64,000 bases of DNA from Macrostomum hystrix (Eukaryota; Animalia; Platyhelminthes): the NCBI GenBank assembly GCA_950097015.1, contig CATNEN010000039.1:868001-932000 (forward strand), given 5' to 3'. A program made the translations under genes and the position numbers. Positions within the stretch are counted from its first letter, which is position 1. Each line of letters begins with the position of its first letter. Under the pieces are notes generated by a model, which was not told the origin of the DNA, made no database searches, and worked only from the letters and a program-made list of their open reading frames with translations. Positions 35,288 through 49,600 of this stretch are shown here, piece after piece.

Positions 35288-37553
35288 ATGGTGCTGGCAG
35301 TCCTTATTCACTACAGCCATGCTGGCAAGGTGGTGCCTCTCTACTGGCAGATCTTTGTTGACATCGGCGGCGGCGTGGGTGCCGCCGACTCGGCCTCTGC
35401 GGAAGCCACTGACGCCGATGTAGGCGAAGGCGACGGCGGCGATGAATCAGAGTCCAGCACCGCGGCAGCGACTGACAACTTCGGCGATGCTGCGAGCCGA
35501 CTCGACACAGGCTCCGTCGTGTCCTTCGGCTCACAGTCCACCGGTGTCAGCGCCGCCACCACCGGAGCCAGCACCGCCGCTGGCCAAATCAGCAGGTGAA
35601 TGAGCCATGCGGGCCCAGCCTTCTCAATCTTGAGCAACCATTGTCTCAGATTCCCATCCTGAGCAGCCATTGTCTTAGATTCCCATCCTGAGCAGCCATT
35701 GTCTCAGATTCCCATCCTCAGCAGCCATTGTCTTAGATTCCCATCCTGAGCAGCCATTGTCTTAGATTCCCATCCTGAGCAGCCATTGTCTCAGATTCCC
35801 ATCCTCAGCAGCCATTGTCTTAGATTCCCATCCTGAGCAGCCATTGTCTTAGATTCCCATCCTCAGCAGCCATTGTCTCAGATTCCCATCCTCAGCAGCC
35901 ATTGTCTTAGATTCCCATCCTGAGCAGCCATTGTCTCAGATTCCCATCCTCAGCAGCCATTGTCTCAGATTCCCATCCTCAGCAGCCATTGTCTTAGATT
36001 CCCATCCTCAGCAGCCATTGTCTCAGATTCCCATCCTGAGCAACCATTGTCTCAGATTCCCATCCTCAGCAGCCATTGTCTCAGATTCCCATCCTGAGCA
36101 GCCATTGTCTCAGATTCCCATCCTCAGCAGCCATTGTCTTAGATTCCCATCCTCAGCAGCCATTGTCTTAGATTCCCATCCTCAGCAGCCATTGTCTCAG
36201 ATTCCCATCCTGAGCAGCCATTGTCTCAGATTCCCATCCTCAGCAGCCATTGTCTCAGATTCCCATCCTCAGCAGCCATTGTCTCAGATTCCCATCCTCA
36301 GCAGCCATTGTCTCAGATTCCCATCCTCAGCAGCCATTGTCTCAGATTCCCATCCTCAGCAGCCATTGTCTTAGATTCCCATCCTGAGCAGCCATTGTCT
36401 CAGATTCCCATCCTCAGCAGCCATTGTCTTAGATTCCCATCCTCAGCAGCCATTGTCTCAGATTCCCATCCTCAGCAGCCATTGTCTTAGATTCCCATCC
36501 TGAGCAGCCATTGTCTCAGATTCCCATCCTCAGCAGCCATTGTCTCAGATTCCCATCCTCAGCAGCCATTGTCTCAGATTCCCATCCTGAGCAGCCATTG
36601 TCTCAGATTCCCATCCTCAGCAGCATTGTCTCAGATTCCCATCCTCAGCAGCCATTGTCTCAGATTCCCATCCTCAGCAGCCATTGTCTCAGATTCCCAT
36701 CCTCAGCAGCCATTGTCTTAGATTCCCATCCTCAGCAGCCATTGTCTTAGATTCCCATCCTCAGCAGCCATTGTCTTAGATTCCCATCCTCAGCAGCCAT
36801 TGTCTTAGATTCCCATCCTGAGCAACCATTGTCTCAGAATCCTTTCTGAGCAGCTATTTTCCTTGCTTGTTTAGCTGTTCTCACAGATCCACTTTGAGCA
36901 GCTTTTCTACGACTTAATTCTATTTTAAGCAGTTGTTGAGTTCAGCATTAACTTTGTGCGTTCTCATCGCTGCCAGATCTTCGGCCAATCGAATTCCGCG
37001 TCGTTGTCCGCTGATGTCGCTGGCGCGCCATGTTGACGCCGAGTGGCAGCTGGCTCGGGCAACCCAGGCAATCAGCATTGGTGGCCAGCAGCAACAGCAG
37101 CAGCAGACAGAGTCCGATGACCTCCGTCGCCTGGCTGCGGACTCCATGCCCGACTTCTGCCGCGGGGTTTGCCCACTCCGCTCGTCGAGCCTCGATTTCG
37201 ACGCCGCTGACCGACGCTCCCGACGCCAGCCGGGCTGCCGGCTGCCGCGCCAGCTGGAGGCCGGCAGCGCAGTGTGGCTGGCGGCGGCCAGTCTGTGCCT
37301 GACGCTGGTCTGCTCGCCCGAGGAGAATCTCAGCCTGGCCTCGGCCTGCCTGCTGTCGCTGGCCAGGCGGCTTCACGGCCTCACCAGGTTCCTGCTACAG
37401 CCCATGCAGCTGCTCTACCGGGCCGAGACCGTCCGCCTCGCCGTGGCCGGCGCTCTGGTAGCCGGCGGCATCGGCCTGCCGTTCTGCACAGCCAGGGCCG
37501 CGAAATCCCGCGATCGCCTGACTGAGCTGGGCGCCAAGGCTTGCAAATTCTAA
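35288..37553 (+). CDS. AP5S1: AP-5 complex subunit sigma-1; exons 35288-35595 and 36977-37553
   Basis: MVLAVLIH N-terminus, AVWLAAASLCLTLVCSPEENLSLA and LLYRAE match AP5S1 motifs. Phase-2 GT-AG intron; acceptor at 35274. Confidence 0.8.
35620..36840 (+). repeat. 29-bp minisatellite in the AP5S1 intron
   Basis: SAGCAGCCATTGTCTYAGATTCCCATCCT repeats. Confidence 0.98.
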
Positions 37554-38149
37554 CTAGCCAAAGTGCAGACACATCTGCTACCAAGCACTGCCCACCTTGT
37601 CCATCAATCAGTTGAATTTGTTGAATTGTAGTCGGCTGCGGAAAGCCGAGAATAACTTTGATCATTCGATTTCATAAGAATAGCTGTAAATTAAAGTTTA
37701 TTTAAAAGTTTTAAAACATTAAAAAACTTCAGAATCGTTGAATAATCTTGCGAACCATTGAACGGATGTCCGACATCATTGCACATAAATGTAATTTATT
37801 GATGATGCATGCTTTTCTTTGATTTTTTGTTTCCGTTTTTTATAGTTCTAGAAGATTTTCTCCTACCAAATATCAGCAGATTTTTCAATCAGTTTTGAGT
37901 CTGTACTCAGCCAATTTTCTTGCATTATTTCTCATGTCTTTCTGCTTCATTAAACTCTTTGATTGCCATAGAATTCTCATGAAGCTGCTGTAGCGTTGCT
38001 GCCTCGAGTTTGCTTGCACATGCTCCATAACTGCTTTTATTATTTTGTTTGTTCGCACTACTCATATTTTGCTGTTTCACATTTTTATAGAAAAGTAGTC
38101 TAACAGATTAGAACCCGGGCGAAACTTACCCAACACCTGAGATCTTAAG

Positions 38150-38885
38150 ATTTGACATTTGACCTGTCACATCTGACATCTTACCTGACTCATCTGACAT
38201 CTTACCTGACTCATCTGACATCTTACCTGACTCATCTGACATCTTACCTGACTCATCTGACCTCTTACCTGACTCATCTGACATCTTACCTGACTCATCT
38301 GACATCTTACCTGACTCATCTGACATCTTACCTGACTCATCTGACATCTTACCTGACTCATCTGACCTCTTACCTGACTCATCTGACATCTTACCTGACT
38401 CATCTGACATCTTACCTGACTCATCTGACCTCTTACCTGACTCATCTGACATCTTACCTGACTCATCTGACATCTTACCTGACTCATCTGACATCTTACC
38501 TGACTCATCTGACATCTTACCTGACTCATCTGACCTCTTACCTGACTCATCTGACATCTTACCTGACTCATCTGATCTCTTACCTGACTCATCTGACATT
38601 TACCTGACTCATCTGACATCTTACCTGACTCATCCGACATCTTACCTGACTCATCTGACATCTTACGTGACTCATCTGACATCTTACCTGACTCATCTGA
38701 CATCTCGCCTGACTCATCTGACATCTCACCTGTTTAAGACTCATCGGACATCTCACCTGTTTAAGACTCATCTGACATCTCACCTGTTTAACACTCATCT
38801 GACATCTCACCTGGTTAAGACTCATCTGACATCTCACCTGGTTAAGACTCATCTGACATCTCACCTGTTTAAGACTCATCTGACG
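38150..38885 (+). repeat. 21-bp minisatellite grading into a longer variant, in the AP5S1-PP2A spacer
   Basis: TCTGACATCTTACCTGACTCA repeats. Confidence 0.97.
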
Positions 38886-39091
38886 TTTAACCTCTGATCT
38901 GTCTGGATCTCACCTGAATTCATTAACATCTCCTATCTCACTGAAGCACAGGGATATAATTATCAGGCAATATCTAGATCTGACAGGTGTGACCAGAACA
39001 GACGACTCGCTCCCATCTAGTTGCTAGTGGCAAATAATGCTTCAACTCAACAACTCTCGCAGTTGCAGTTTGCCGCAACCAGTTCTAGAGA

Positions 39092-41779
39092 ATGTCAGCC
39101 ACAGACAGCGCCAACGAAGCCCTGTACCCCATTGCTGTGCTCATCGACGAGCTCAGAAATGAGGATGTCCAACTGCGCCTGAACAGCGTCAAGAAGCTGT
39201 CCACCATCGCCCTGGCTTTGGGGGTTGAGCGCACCCGTACCGAGCTCATTCCCTTCCTCACCGACACCATCTACGATGAGGATGAGGTGCTGCTCACCCT
39301 GGCTGAGCAGCTGGGCACCTTCATCCCGCTGGTGGGCGGCGACCAGTTTGCCCACGTCCTGCTGCCACCGCTGGAGAGCCTGGCCACGGTGGAGGAGACG
39401 GTCGTCCGCGACAAGGCTGTGGAGTCGTTGCGCAAGCTGGCGCCCTCGCACAGCCCAGCTGACCTCGAGGAGCATTTCGTGCCGCTGGTCCGCCGGCTGG
39501 CCAACGGCGACTGGTTCACCTCACGCACCTCCGCCTGCGGCCTGTTCGCCGTCTGCTACGACCGGGTCGGAGGCACCGTCAAGCAGCAGCTGCGGCAGCA
39601 CTTCAGCAATCTGTGCACCGATGACACGCCTATGGTCAGGCGGGCTGCGGCTGGAAAAATTGGCGAGCTGGCCCAGGTGAGCTGCTGGACAGCATCATCC
39701 CAGATCCTCAGGTCACTGCATCATCCCAGATCCTCAGGTCACTGCATCATCCCAGATACTCCGGGTCACTGCATCATCCCAGATCCTCAGGTCACTGCAT
39801 CATCCCAGATCCTCAGGTCACAGCATCATCCCAGATCCTCAGGTCACTGCATCATCCCAGATCCTCAGGTCACTGCATCATCCCAGATCCTCAGGTCACT
39901 GCATCATCCCAGATCCTCAGGTCACTGCATCATCCCAGATACTCCGGGTCACTGCATCATCCCAGATCCTCAGGTCACTGCATCATCCCAGATCCTCAGG
40001 TCACAGCATCATCCCAGATCCTCAGGTCACAGCATCATCCCAGATCCTCAGGTCACAGCATCATCCCAGATCCTCAGGTCACTGCATCATCCCAGATCCT
40101 CAGGTCACTGCATCATCCCAGATCCTCAGGGCACTGCATCATCTCAGATCCTCAGGTCACTGCATCATCCCAGATCCTCAGGTCACTGCATCATCCCAGA
40201 TCCTCAGGTCACTGCATCATCCCAGATCCTCAGGTCACTGCATCATCCCAGATCCTCAGGTCTCAGCATCATCCCAGATCCTCAGGTCACAGCATCATCC
40301 CAGATCCTCAGGTCACAGCATCTTCCCAGATCCCCAGACCAAAAAAAAATCATCCCACCTTCAGGCCACACGTTATCGGATCCGATCTTGAAAATTGATC
40401 GCCTCAGATCCTCAAAGTAGCACCTGCAAGCCCTCAATTCCGCCCATTCTTAAGCTGCTGCAATTCGACCCGCCATTTCCAAGGTGGTGGAGCCTGAGTT
40501 TGTCCGCTCAGAGCTGCTGCCCATGTTCAAGCAGCTGATGGCCGACGAGCAAGACTCGGTGCGCCTCCTGGCAGTCGAGAGCGCTGTCATCCTGGCCCGC
40601 CTGCTCGGACCGGAGGACACCGACAAGCTGATGATGAAGTCCCTGCGCTCAGCCGTTGACGACAAGTCTTGGCGCGTGCGCTACATGGTGGCGGACAAGC
40701 TGACGGAACTGCAGGCGGCCCTGGGCGCCGACCTCACCCAGCGATACCTGGTCGAGGCCTTCCAGGCTTTGCTGAAGGACCCGGAGGCCGAGGTGCGAGC
40801 CGTATCCGCCAGCAAGGTGCGGGACTTCTGTGTCGGCCTAGAAACCAGCGAAGCCGAGCGGACCAACATCGCGCTGAACAGCATCCTGCCTGCCGTGAAG
40901 GACCTCGCCGCTGATGCCAATCAGCACGTCAAGTCCGCTCTGGCCTCTGTGGTGATGGGCCTGTCGCCTCTGCTGGGCAAGGAGCACACGGTGGAGCAGC
41001 TGCTGCCGCTGTTCCTCACCCAGCTCAAGGACGAGTGCCCGGAGGTGCGTGCTGTTGCTTTCAGCTCTGCTTCTCAGCGGCCTCTAATGTTTTTTTGGAT
41101 TAGAAACTCAAAATGTTAAATGTTGAATTTTGTTCCCTTGCAGGTGCGTCTGAACATCATTTCCAACCTGGAGGCAGTGAACAGCGTCATCGGCATCAAG
41201 CAGCTGTCTATGTCCCTCCTGCCCGCCATTGTTGAACTGGCCGAAGACTCCAAGTGGCGCGTCCGCCTGGCCATCATCCAGTACATGCCGCTGCTGGCCA
41301 GCCAGCTGGGCGCCCAGTTCTTTGACGAGAAGCTGAACCAGCTGTGCATGGGCTGGCTGGTGGACCACGTGTTTGCCATCCGCGAGGCCGCCGTGCTCAA
41401 CCTGCGCAAACTGGTGGAAGCCTTCGGCCCGGACTGGGCACTCAGCACCGTCATTCCCAAGGTGGCCGAGCTGTCGGCCGACTCCAACTACCTGCATCGC
41501 ATGGTGTGCCTATTCTGCGTCACAGAGCTCAGTGCTGTCTGCCCGCCCGACATGGTCCGTGCGCACCTGCTGCCCACCGTGCTCAAGATGGCCCAGGACA
41601 CCGTGCCCAATGTGCGCTTCAAGGTGGCGCAGACCCTGCAGCAGCTGGCCGGCAGTTTCAACGCTGAGGCCTTCGAGCAGCAGGTGAAGCCGTGCCTGGA
41701 CTCGCTGGCCGGAGACGCCGACATCGACGTACAATTCTTCGCCTGTGAAGCGCTGGAAGCCATCAGGGAGAAGTTCTGA
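39092..41779 (+). CDS. PPP2R1A: PP2A 65-kDa scaffold (A) subunit; exons 39092-39676, 40484-41044, 41144-41779
   Basis: [46 protein letters not shown] and [13 protein letters not shown] repeats; phase-0 introns. A single invertebrate ortholog of PPP2R1A/B is assumed. Confidence 0.97.
39690..40330 (+). repeat. 26-bp minisatellite in PP2A-A intron 1
   Basis: GCATCATCCCAGATCCTCAGGTCACT repeats. Confidence 0.97.
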
Positions 41780-42129
41780 GGCCTGCTGACTTGCAAGGTG
41801 GCGTTGACTCGCTGGGATTTAAAATTGGCGCCAAATTAAGCCTGTCAGCTGGCATCTGCCAGGATTCAGTTTGCAAATTGACTGGCTGTTTTTGTTTTAA
41901 TTATGGCGTGAATTTAAAAACATCAGCGCAACTCTCCTCGAATCGTTCCTTGGCCTGTCCACAATCGCCTGTCCCTGCGTCTGTCAGTGTCCCCGCTCCG
42001 CCTTCAGTTGGCAAGGCGTTCTGGCGGAGCAGCACCTGCCTGTTTTTTTGTTTGCTTAGTTGAATTCTACCTTCTGAACTAGACTTTATCGTATGGGACA
42101 GTTTAATTGGGGTATCACTCACACAATCT

Positions 42130-42224
42130 GCTCACACAGTGTAGGTCTCACACAGTGTAGGTCTCACACAGTGTAGGTCTCACACAGTGTAGGTCTCACA
42201 CAGTGTAGGTCTCACACAGTGTAG
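42130..42224 (+). repeat. 16-bp tandem repeat
   Basis: CTCACACAGTGTAGGT, about 6 copies. Confidence 0.9.
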
Positions 42225-43129
42225 TTCAACTACTAATAGCTGAACCAAATACACAAGTGACAGCGGCAGGTGGAGCTGTAGCCCCGTCCCGCCATGGCTG
42301 CCTGCTGTTTAATTGTCGAATTTCTTTCTCGATGAGAAACCGCTTCTGTGACATCCCCTTGCCGTTGTCGACCGCCCCGTCTGACGCCCCCTGTTATTCA
42401 CGTCTTAGCTGTACATCCACTGCACTGCAGTCCGCTATATGCTTAGCTACTATCTATATATTATATTATATAATCTATTATACCTATTAGCGTAGATCAG
42501 TCATGCCTCTCTTTCTATCCCGTGTCTCCTTTGTCTAGTGCAAGCATTAGAGTTCTATTTAAAAGTACATTAGTGATCAATGTCTTTGTTCGTGACTGTA
42601 ATATTATTATGTAATACTGTTTACTATTTTTATTACAACCTTGTTTGAGCGGCCTGCTGTTTGCCTACTATATGCACCCATGCTCCAGGCTGGCTACTTG
42701 TTAGGCTCGTTGACTAAGTAATAAGTTGTGTTCCAACACTTGGCCATCAGGCAGTCCTGCTCCACCTAGCAAGGCATTGTCAATGTACAGCAGGTACAAA
42801 TTCGCTCGCTACAATCTGCCTGTCTATTCACTCTCATCTGCTCTCACCTGTCTCTCTACTTGCAAGTTTTTCTGCAGCACCGATCCGGAGCCACCTAGCT
42901 GCCGCTGCCCCGGAATTCTGGACAGTTCTGAATAAACTAATCGATAACTAGCTGGCACGATTAATTGAAAGGCAAAACGATTCACTGGCATGTTGCAATT
43001 TATCATAAACTGCTCGACATGTGTTCTTTTACTTGCTTTATTGATTGTTTAATTTTTGCTCGATTTGGGACTGCTCTAAATGACTGCAAACTCATCAGGG
43101 ATTGCTGAGTCGCCTATTAAAACCATAGA

Positions 43130-43563
43130 CTGATTGCTGAGTAGGCCATTGAGACAGCATGGATTGCTGAGTAGGCCATTGAGACAGCAGGGATTGCTGA
43201 GTAGGCCATTGAGACAGCATGGATTGCTGAGTAGGCCATTGAGACAGCATGGATTGCTGAGTAGGCCATTGAGACAGCAGGGATTGCTGAGTAGGCCATT
43301 GAGATAGCAGGGATTGCTGAGTAGGCCATTGAGACAGCAGGGATTGCTGAGTAGGCCATTGAGACAGCAGGGATTGCTGAGTAGGCCATTGAGACAGCAG
43401 GGATTGCTGAGTAGGCCATTGAGACAGCATGGATTGCTGAGTAGGCCATTGAGACAGCAGGGATTGCTGAGTAGGCCATTGAGACAGCAGGGATTGCTGA
43501 GTAGGCCATTGAGACAGCAGGGATTGCTGAGTAGGCCATTGAGACAGCATGGATTGCTGAGTA
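43130..43563 (+). repeat. 30-bp minisatellite between convergent genes
   Basis: GGATTGCTGAGTAGGCCATTGAGACAGCAK repeats. Confidence 0.97.
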
Positions 43564-43671
43564 TGATTTTCGTACAACGAACTGGACCGGATTGGGAAAT
43601 GCTTATTATTCAATGTTAAAGACAGCTAAAGTCGAATATTTATTGACGCGACACTGGGAGTGAGTTGCTGA

Positions 43672-46600
43672 TCAGATGTTGAGCTGAGCTTTATAGCTTA
43701 GTCGTCGAACCCTGGCGTAGGACTCAGCAAAGGCCATTGAGGAGCGGGCGCTGCTGCTGCAGCGCCTGGTCTGCAATTTTGAGATTAGGAATGAGAAGTC
43801 AATTACCAGAGAAGGCTTATCAAATTGTCAGGGAATGCCCTTAGAACTGTGTTTAGCATATTCCAGTCGTCGGGGATTGGGAATCGCTACAATACGTGTA
43901 TGGCATCCACCCTTGTAGTCTAGTAGCACACACAGGCCTTTCAAACTGGAGCTTACCGCTCGGCTGCCACAGCCGGAGACACACAGCAGCAGGATGAGCA
44001 GCACTGATATCCAAGACACCGCAGCCGCCGCAGATGCACCATCCCAGCCTTCGCCGATCGCCCTCTCTCGCTTTCTGTGGGGCGGAGAGAGGAGTCTGCG
44101 GCGTGAGTACTAGTCTCACGACTACTCTGTCTCTGGCACTCCAGTTCCAGTTATACCTTCTGGTTTCGGCCCTGAGTCGGGGTTCGCTAGCGGCGCCGCC
44201 GATGATCTCGAACTCGCTCGGCAGCGGGAAGTACGAGGCCAGGAAGCTGCGGAGAATCCGCTGCACGGCGCCCGCCCTCGAGTCCGTGTAGTTGATGTCA
44301 TCATTGAGGCAGAGGAACTTCCTGCAATGGAATCGGTTCAGTGACCAGGCAACAAGCCTATGCAATCCATGCAACAATCCTATGCAATCCATGCAGCAAT
44401 CCTATGCAATCCATGCAACAATCCTATGCAATTCATGCAGCAATCCTATGCAATCCATGCAACAATCCTATGCAATCCATGCAACAATCCTATGCAATCC
44501 ATGCAACAATCCTTTGCAATCCATGCAACAAGCCTATGCAATCCATGCAACAAGCCTATGCAATCCATGCAACAAGCCTATGCAATCCATGCAACAATCC
44601 TATGCAATCCATGCAGCAATCCTATGCAATCCATGCAACAATCCTATGCAATCCATGCAGCAATCCTATGCAATCCATGCAACAATCCTATGCAATTCAT
44701 GCAGCAATCCTATGCAATCCATGCAACAATCCTATGCAATCCATGCAACAATCCTATGCAATCCATGCAACAATCCTTTGCAATCCATGCAGCAATCCTA
44801 TGCAATCCATGCAACAATCCTATATGCAATCCATGCAACAGTCCTATGCAATCCATGCAACAATCCTATGCAATTCATGCAACAATCCTATATGCAATCC
44901 ATGCAACAATCCTATATGCAATCCATGCAACAGTCCTATGCAATCCATGCAACAATCCTATGCAATTCATGCAACAATCCTATGCAATCCATGCAACAGT
45001 CCTATGCAATCCATGCAACAGTCCTATGCAATCCATGCAACAATCCTATGCAATCAATGCAACAATCCTATGCAATCCATGCAACAATCCTATATGCAAT
45101 CCATGCAACAATCCTATGCAATCCATGCAACAAGCCTATGCAATCCATGCAACAAGCCTATGCAATCCATGCAACAATCCTATGCAATCCATGCAACAAT
45201 CCTATGCAATCCATGCAACAAGCCTATGCAATCCATGCAACAAGCCTATGCAATCCATGCAACAATCCCATATGCAATCCATGCAACAATCCTATGCAAT
45301 CCATGCAACAAGCCTATGCAATCCATGCAACAAGCCTATGCAATCCATGCAACAATCCCATATGCAATCCATGCAACAATCCTATGCAATCCATGCAACA
45401 ATCCTATATGCAATCCATGCAACAATCCTATATGCAATCCATGCAACAATCCTATGCAATCCATGCAACAAGCCTATGCAATCAATGCAACAAGCCTATG
45501 CAATCCAAGCAACAATCCTATATGCAATCCATGCAACAATCCTATGCAATCCATGCAACAAGCCTATGCAATCCATGCAACAATCCTATGCAATCCACGT
45601 AACAATCATCTGAAACCAGTTGTCATCTGGGCTCCTGGGTCATCGCACCTGGGCTCACGGATGACCTGCTGCAAATGTCCGTAGCTGGACTCGAAGTTGG
45701 CAGTGAGCATCTTGAACCACACGGAGCTGTCATCCAGAAGCTCAAAGCGGTGCTCTGGCAGACGGTCCCTGGAACCTCTGACAACAGACTGAAGCCAAGG
45801 GCAGCTCATCAACTGGTTCATGGCCTTCGACTTCCATTCCAGCTCGGCCTGGGACGGTGGAGTGAGAGTGAGTGAGTGAGTGAGTGAGTGAGTAAGTGAG
45901 TGAGTGTCTGAGTGAGTGAGTAAGTGAGTGAGTGAGTGAGTAAGTGAGTGAGTGAGTGAGTGAGTGAGTAAGTGAGTGAGTGAGTGAGTGAGTGAGTGAG
46001 TGAGTGTGTGAGTGAGTGAGTGAGTGAGTGAGTGTGTGAGTGAGTGAGTGAGTGAGTGAGTAAGTGAGTGAGTGAGTGAGTGTGTAAGTGAGTGAGTCAG
46101 GTTGGTAATAACAGGGGCGCACCGTCGCATTGTGACCGCGGTCGGATTCGCTGCTGATGTTGTAGACGCAGCTTGCCAGAAATTTCTGAACGGCAACCTT
46201 GAGGGCCTGAAATGCTCAGAAACCACAGAAGATGCGAGACGATTTTTTGAATTTTGAAAGCAGCTCAGCGGTTCTTCGAGACTCACCGCCTCGGACACGG
46301 GCGTCTCGTTGGCAGTCTTGACCACGGCAAAGCGGTATTCGAATTCATCAAGCAGGCTGCAATGCGTGTGGAAGTGAAGGTCAGGTCAAAGCCTTTGGGC
46401 TGGCGGACCAGCTGCGAGCTTACCCATTGTGATCTCTGTCCAGGCCCTGAAGCTCTGCGCTCAGGCTGCGATTCTGCGGCTTCAGCGCCAGGTAGGAGAA
46501 GTACGCGAACGCGAACTGCATGTCGTCTGCTGAGCGGAACCGGTGGCTGCTGGTGGCCGCGAACTCGGCGACGAATCTGGCGAGGCAAGAGGATCGAGAT

Positions 46601-49600
46601 CTTCGACTAGAGGCCCATACTCACCTATGTACCCCATGTACATAGCCCACACAGTGCCTACCCTTTGCCTACCCCATGCATACCCCATGTACATAGCCCA
46701 CACAGTGCCTACCCTTTGCCTACCCCATGCATACCCCATGTACATAGCCCACACAGTGCCTACCCTTTGCCTACCCCAACCATACCCCATGTACATAGCC
46801 CACACAGTGCCTACCCTTTGCCTACCCCATGCATACCCCATGCCTAGCCCATGCCTACCCTTTGCATACCCTATGCCTACCCCATGCCTACCCATGCCTA
46901 CCACATGCATAGCCCATGCATAGCCCCCATGCCTACCATATGCCTACTATGTGCCTACTTTGTGCCTACCCTATGTCTACCCTATACCTACTCCATGTTT
47001 ACCATTCACCTATACCCCATGCCTACCATATACCTACTCGATTTCTACGATTTACCTATCTATCATATGCCTGTCGTCTCATGTCTGCCCCATGCAAAGC
47101 CCACGCGTGCCAGCAACCACCCCAGTGCCGCACCTGTTCTGCAGCTGCCGCATGACCCTGGCGCTGATGAAATGCGGCATGTGCGCTGGCACCCGCCTGG
47201 AGGAGTAACCGAACGCCCCACTGAGCACCCGGTTTGTGTACTTTAGCGACTCGTCGTACATATTTGCTGGGCCGGCTGTGTTTCCTACCAGCTGCGGCAG
47301 CTGCTGCTGAATCCGCGGTGGCGGCGTTAACTGAGCCGCGGCTGTTGTGTCTGGCCAGGCAGCCTTTGCCGCCGGGCCTTGAAACCTGGGCAGAGAGCCG
47401 AGAAGGCGCCCCAGCTCGGCATTCTTGTCTATCTCCGGCTCTTTACCTTCCAGCCCATGTCCTGTAGAATTCGTGCTCATGGAGTCTGAGATGTTCTCCG
47501 TTAATTGGCTTCTATTTACTGTTGGTGAGCAGGTGGACACGATATTTTCAGATACCCGGATACTCAAATATCTGGTTACTCAGACACCTGGCTACTCAGA
47601 CACTCACATACTCAGACACTCATATACTCAGACACCTGGTTACTGAGACACCCGGATACTCAAAAACCTGGTCACTCAGACACCAGTTACTCAGACACCA
47701 GTAACTCAGGCACCAGTTACTCAGACACCAGTTTCTCATATACCTGGATACTCAGACACCTGGTTAATAGGTTCATGGTTCAGACGATTATTAAGACACC
47801 TGGATACGCAGACAGCTGGATACTCAGACACCTGGATACTCAGACACCTGGATACTCAGACACCTGGATACTCAGACACCTGGATACTCAGACACCTGGA
47901 TACTCAGACACAAGTTACTCAGACACCTGGATACTCAGACACCTGAATACTCAGACACCTGGTCACTCAGACACCAGTTACTCAGACACCAGTTTCTCAT
48001 ATACCTGGATACTCAGACACCTGGTTAATAGGTTCATGGTTCAGACGATTATTAAGACACCTGGATACGCAGACAGCTGGATACTCAGACACCTGGATAC
48101 GCAGACAGCTGGATACTCAGACACCTGGATACTCAGACACCTGGATACTCAGACACCTGAATACTCAGACACCTGGATACTCAGACACCTGGATACTCAG
48201 ACACCTGGATACTCAGACACCTGGATACTCAGACACCTGGATACTCAGACACCAGTTACTCAGACACCTGGATACTCAGACACCTGGATACTCAGACACC
48301 TGGATACTCAGACACCTGGATACTCAGACACCTGGATACTCAGACACCTGGATACTCAGACACCTGATCACTTAGACACCAGTTACTCAGACACCAGTTA
48401 CTTAGACACCAGTTACTCAGACACCAGTTACTCAGACACCTGGTCACTCAGACGCCTCGGGTTACTCAGACACCAGTTACTCAGACACCAGTTACTCAGA
48501 CACCAGTTACTCAGACACCAGTAACTTACACTCTGTGAAGACGCCAGCCAGGATTTCCATCAACCTGGCATCGTTATCATCCAGCAGTTTGGGTCTAAGT
48601 CGCTCATCCAGAATCTGACTAGCTGGGCTACTACTTGAGAACTCGCTTGGAACGGCTGGTTCTGTTTCAAAGGCGCTAAAGTGCACTTGTACTTGACACG
48701 CACTGTGTCCAGCCGGCCGCAGCTCCAAGCGCAGCTGAATTCTTTCAAGCTTGTTAATGCGCCCGCCAATCAGCAGGTGCAGAGTGCGCCAACGGTGATA
48801 GAAGTTGGCGGACTTCACAGGCAACTTTGAAAGCCCGCTGAGTTGGTAGTAACTGCCTGACATCTGGTCGGCGGCACCGGGCCACAGGTTGCTCAGGTTC
48901 AGCGCCAGGTAGTTCAGGCCAGCTGGCACCGTCAGATTGGCTCCACCGGAATGGCACCCTGGCAGGGTTTGGCATCAGTGAGTTCATCTTTGGATCCAAT
49001 CCCTCATTTCCAAATATTTGAGGCAATGCCAATAGGAGTCCCAAGGGAAGTCACCAATGGGAAAGTCCTGAGGGAAGGTGTGATGCCCGGGCAGTTACCA
49101 GTAGTAGGACCACGGGGATATTTCAAATACCCAGCGTTTTTTGTATCTTCTAAAATATTCAACCAATCGCTATGGAAATGCAGAACACGGGCTAAAATTT
49201 TCCGCTCTATCCGATGAAAACTCAAAATGCTCAAAGTGCGGCTTTGAAATCTAGATCATCGTAAAGGGGTGAAAATTTTGATTCCCATGGTGGACTTTCA
49301 CGAAAATCGGTCATTCGGTTTGTGAGCTACCGTGAATTAGGCAGTGGGTATTTAAAATACCCCATGGTCTTTCTCCAGAGGGAAAATAGCGTGGTCGTTC
49401 TACTGTTAACAGGAGTTTGTGAGGCCTTCACGTACAGGGTGTCCCATCCATCAGGTAATCCGCTTGCAGCAGCCGCAGCTTGTCGAGCCCGCAGTCGCCG
49501 GAGTCGAAGCCGCACTCGGGCCAGTCGCAGACGCGGTCGCAGAAGCCATCGGCCAGCCAGCCGTTCAGGCAGCCCGGCGCGCACAATTCGGCGATGCTCC

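Noticed and set aside
39677-40420. Repeat-rich C-terminal extension of the PP2A-A ORF
   Set aside because: Read-through into the intronic 26-bp minisatellite; homology resumes at 40484.
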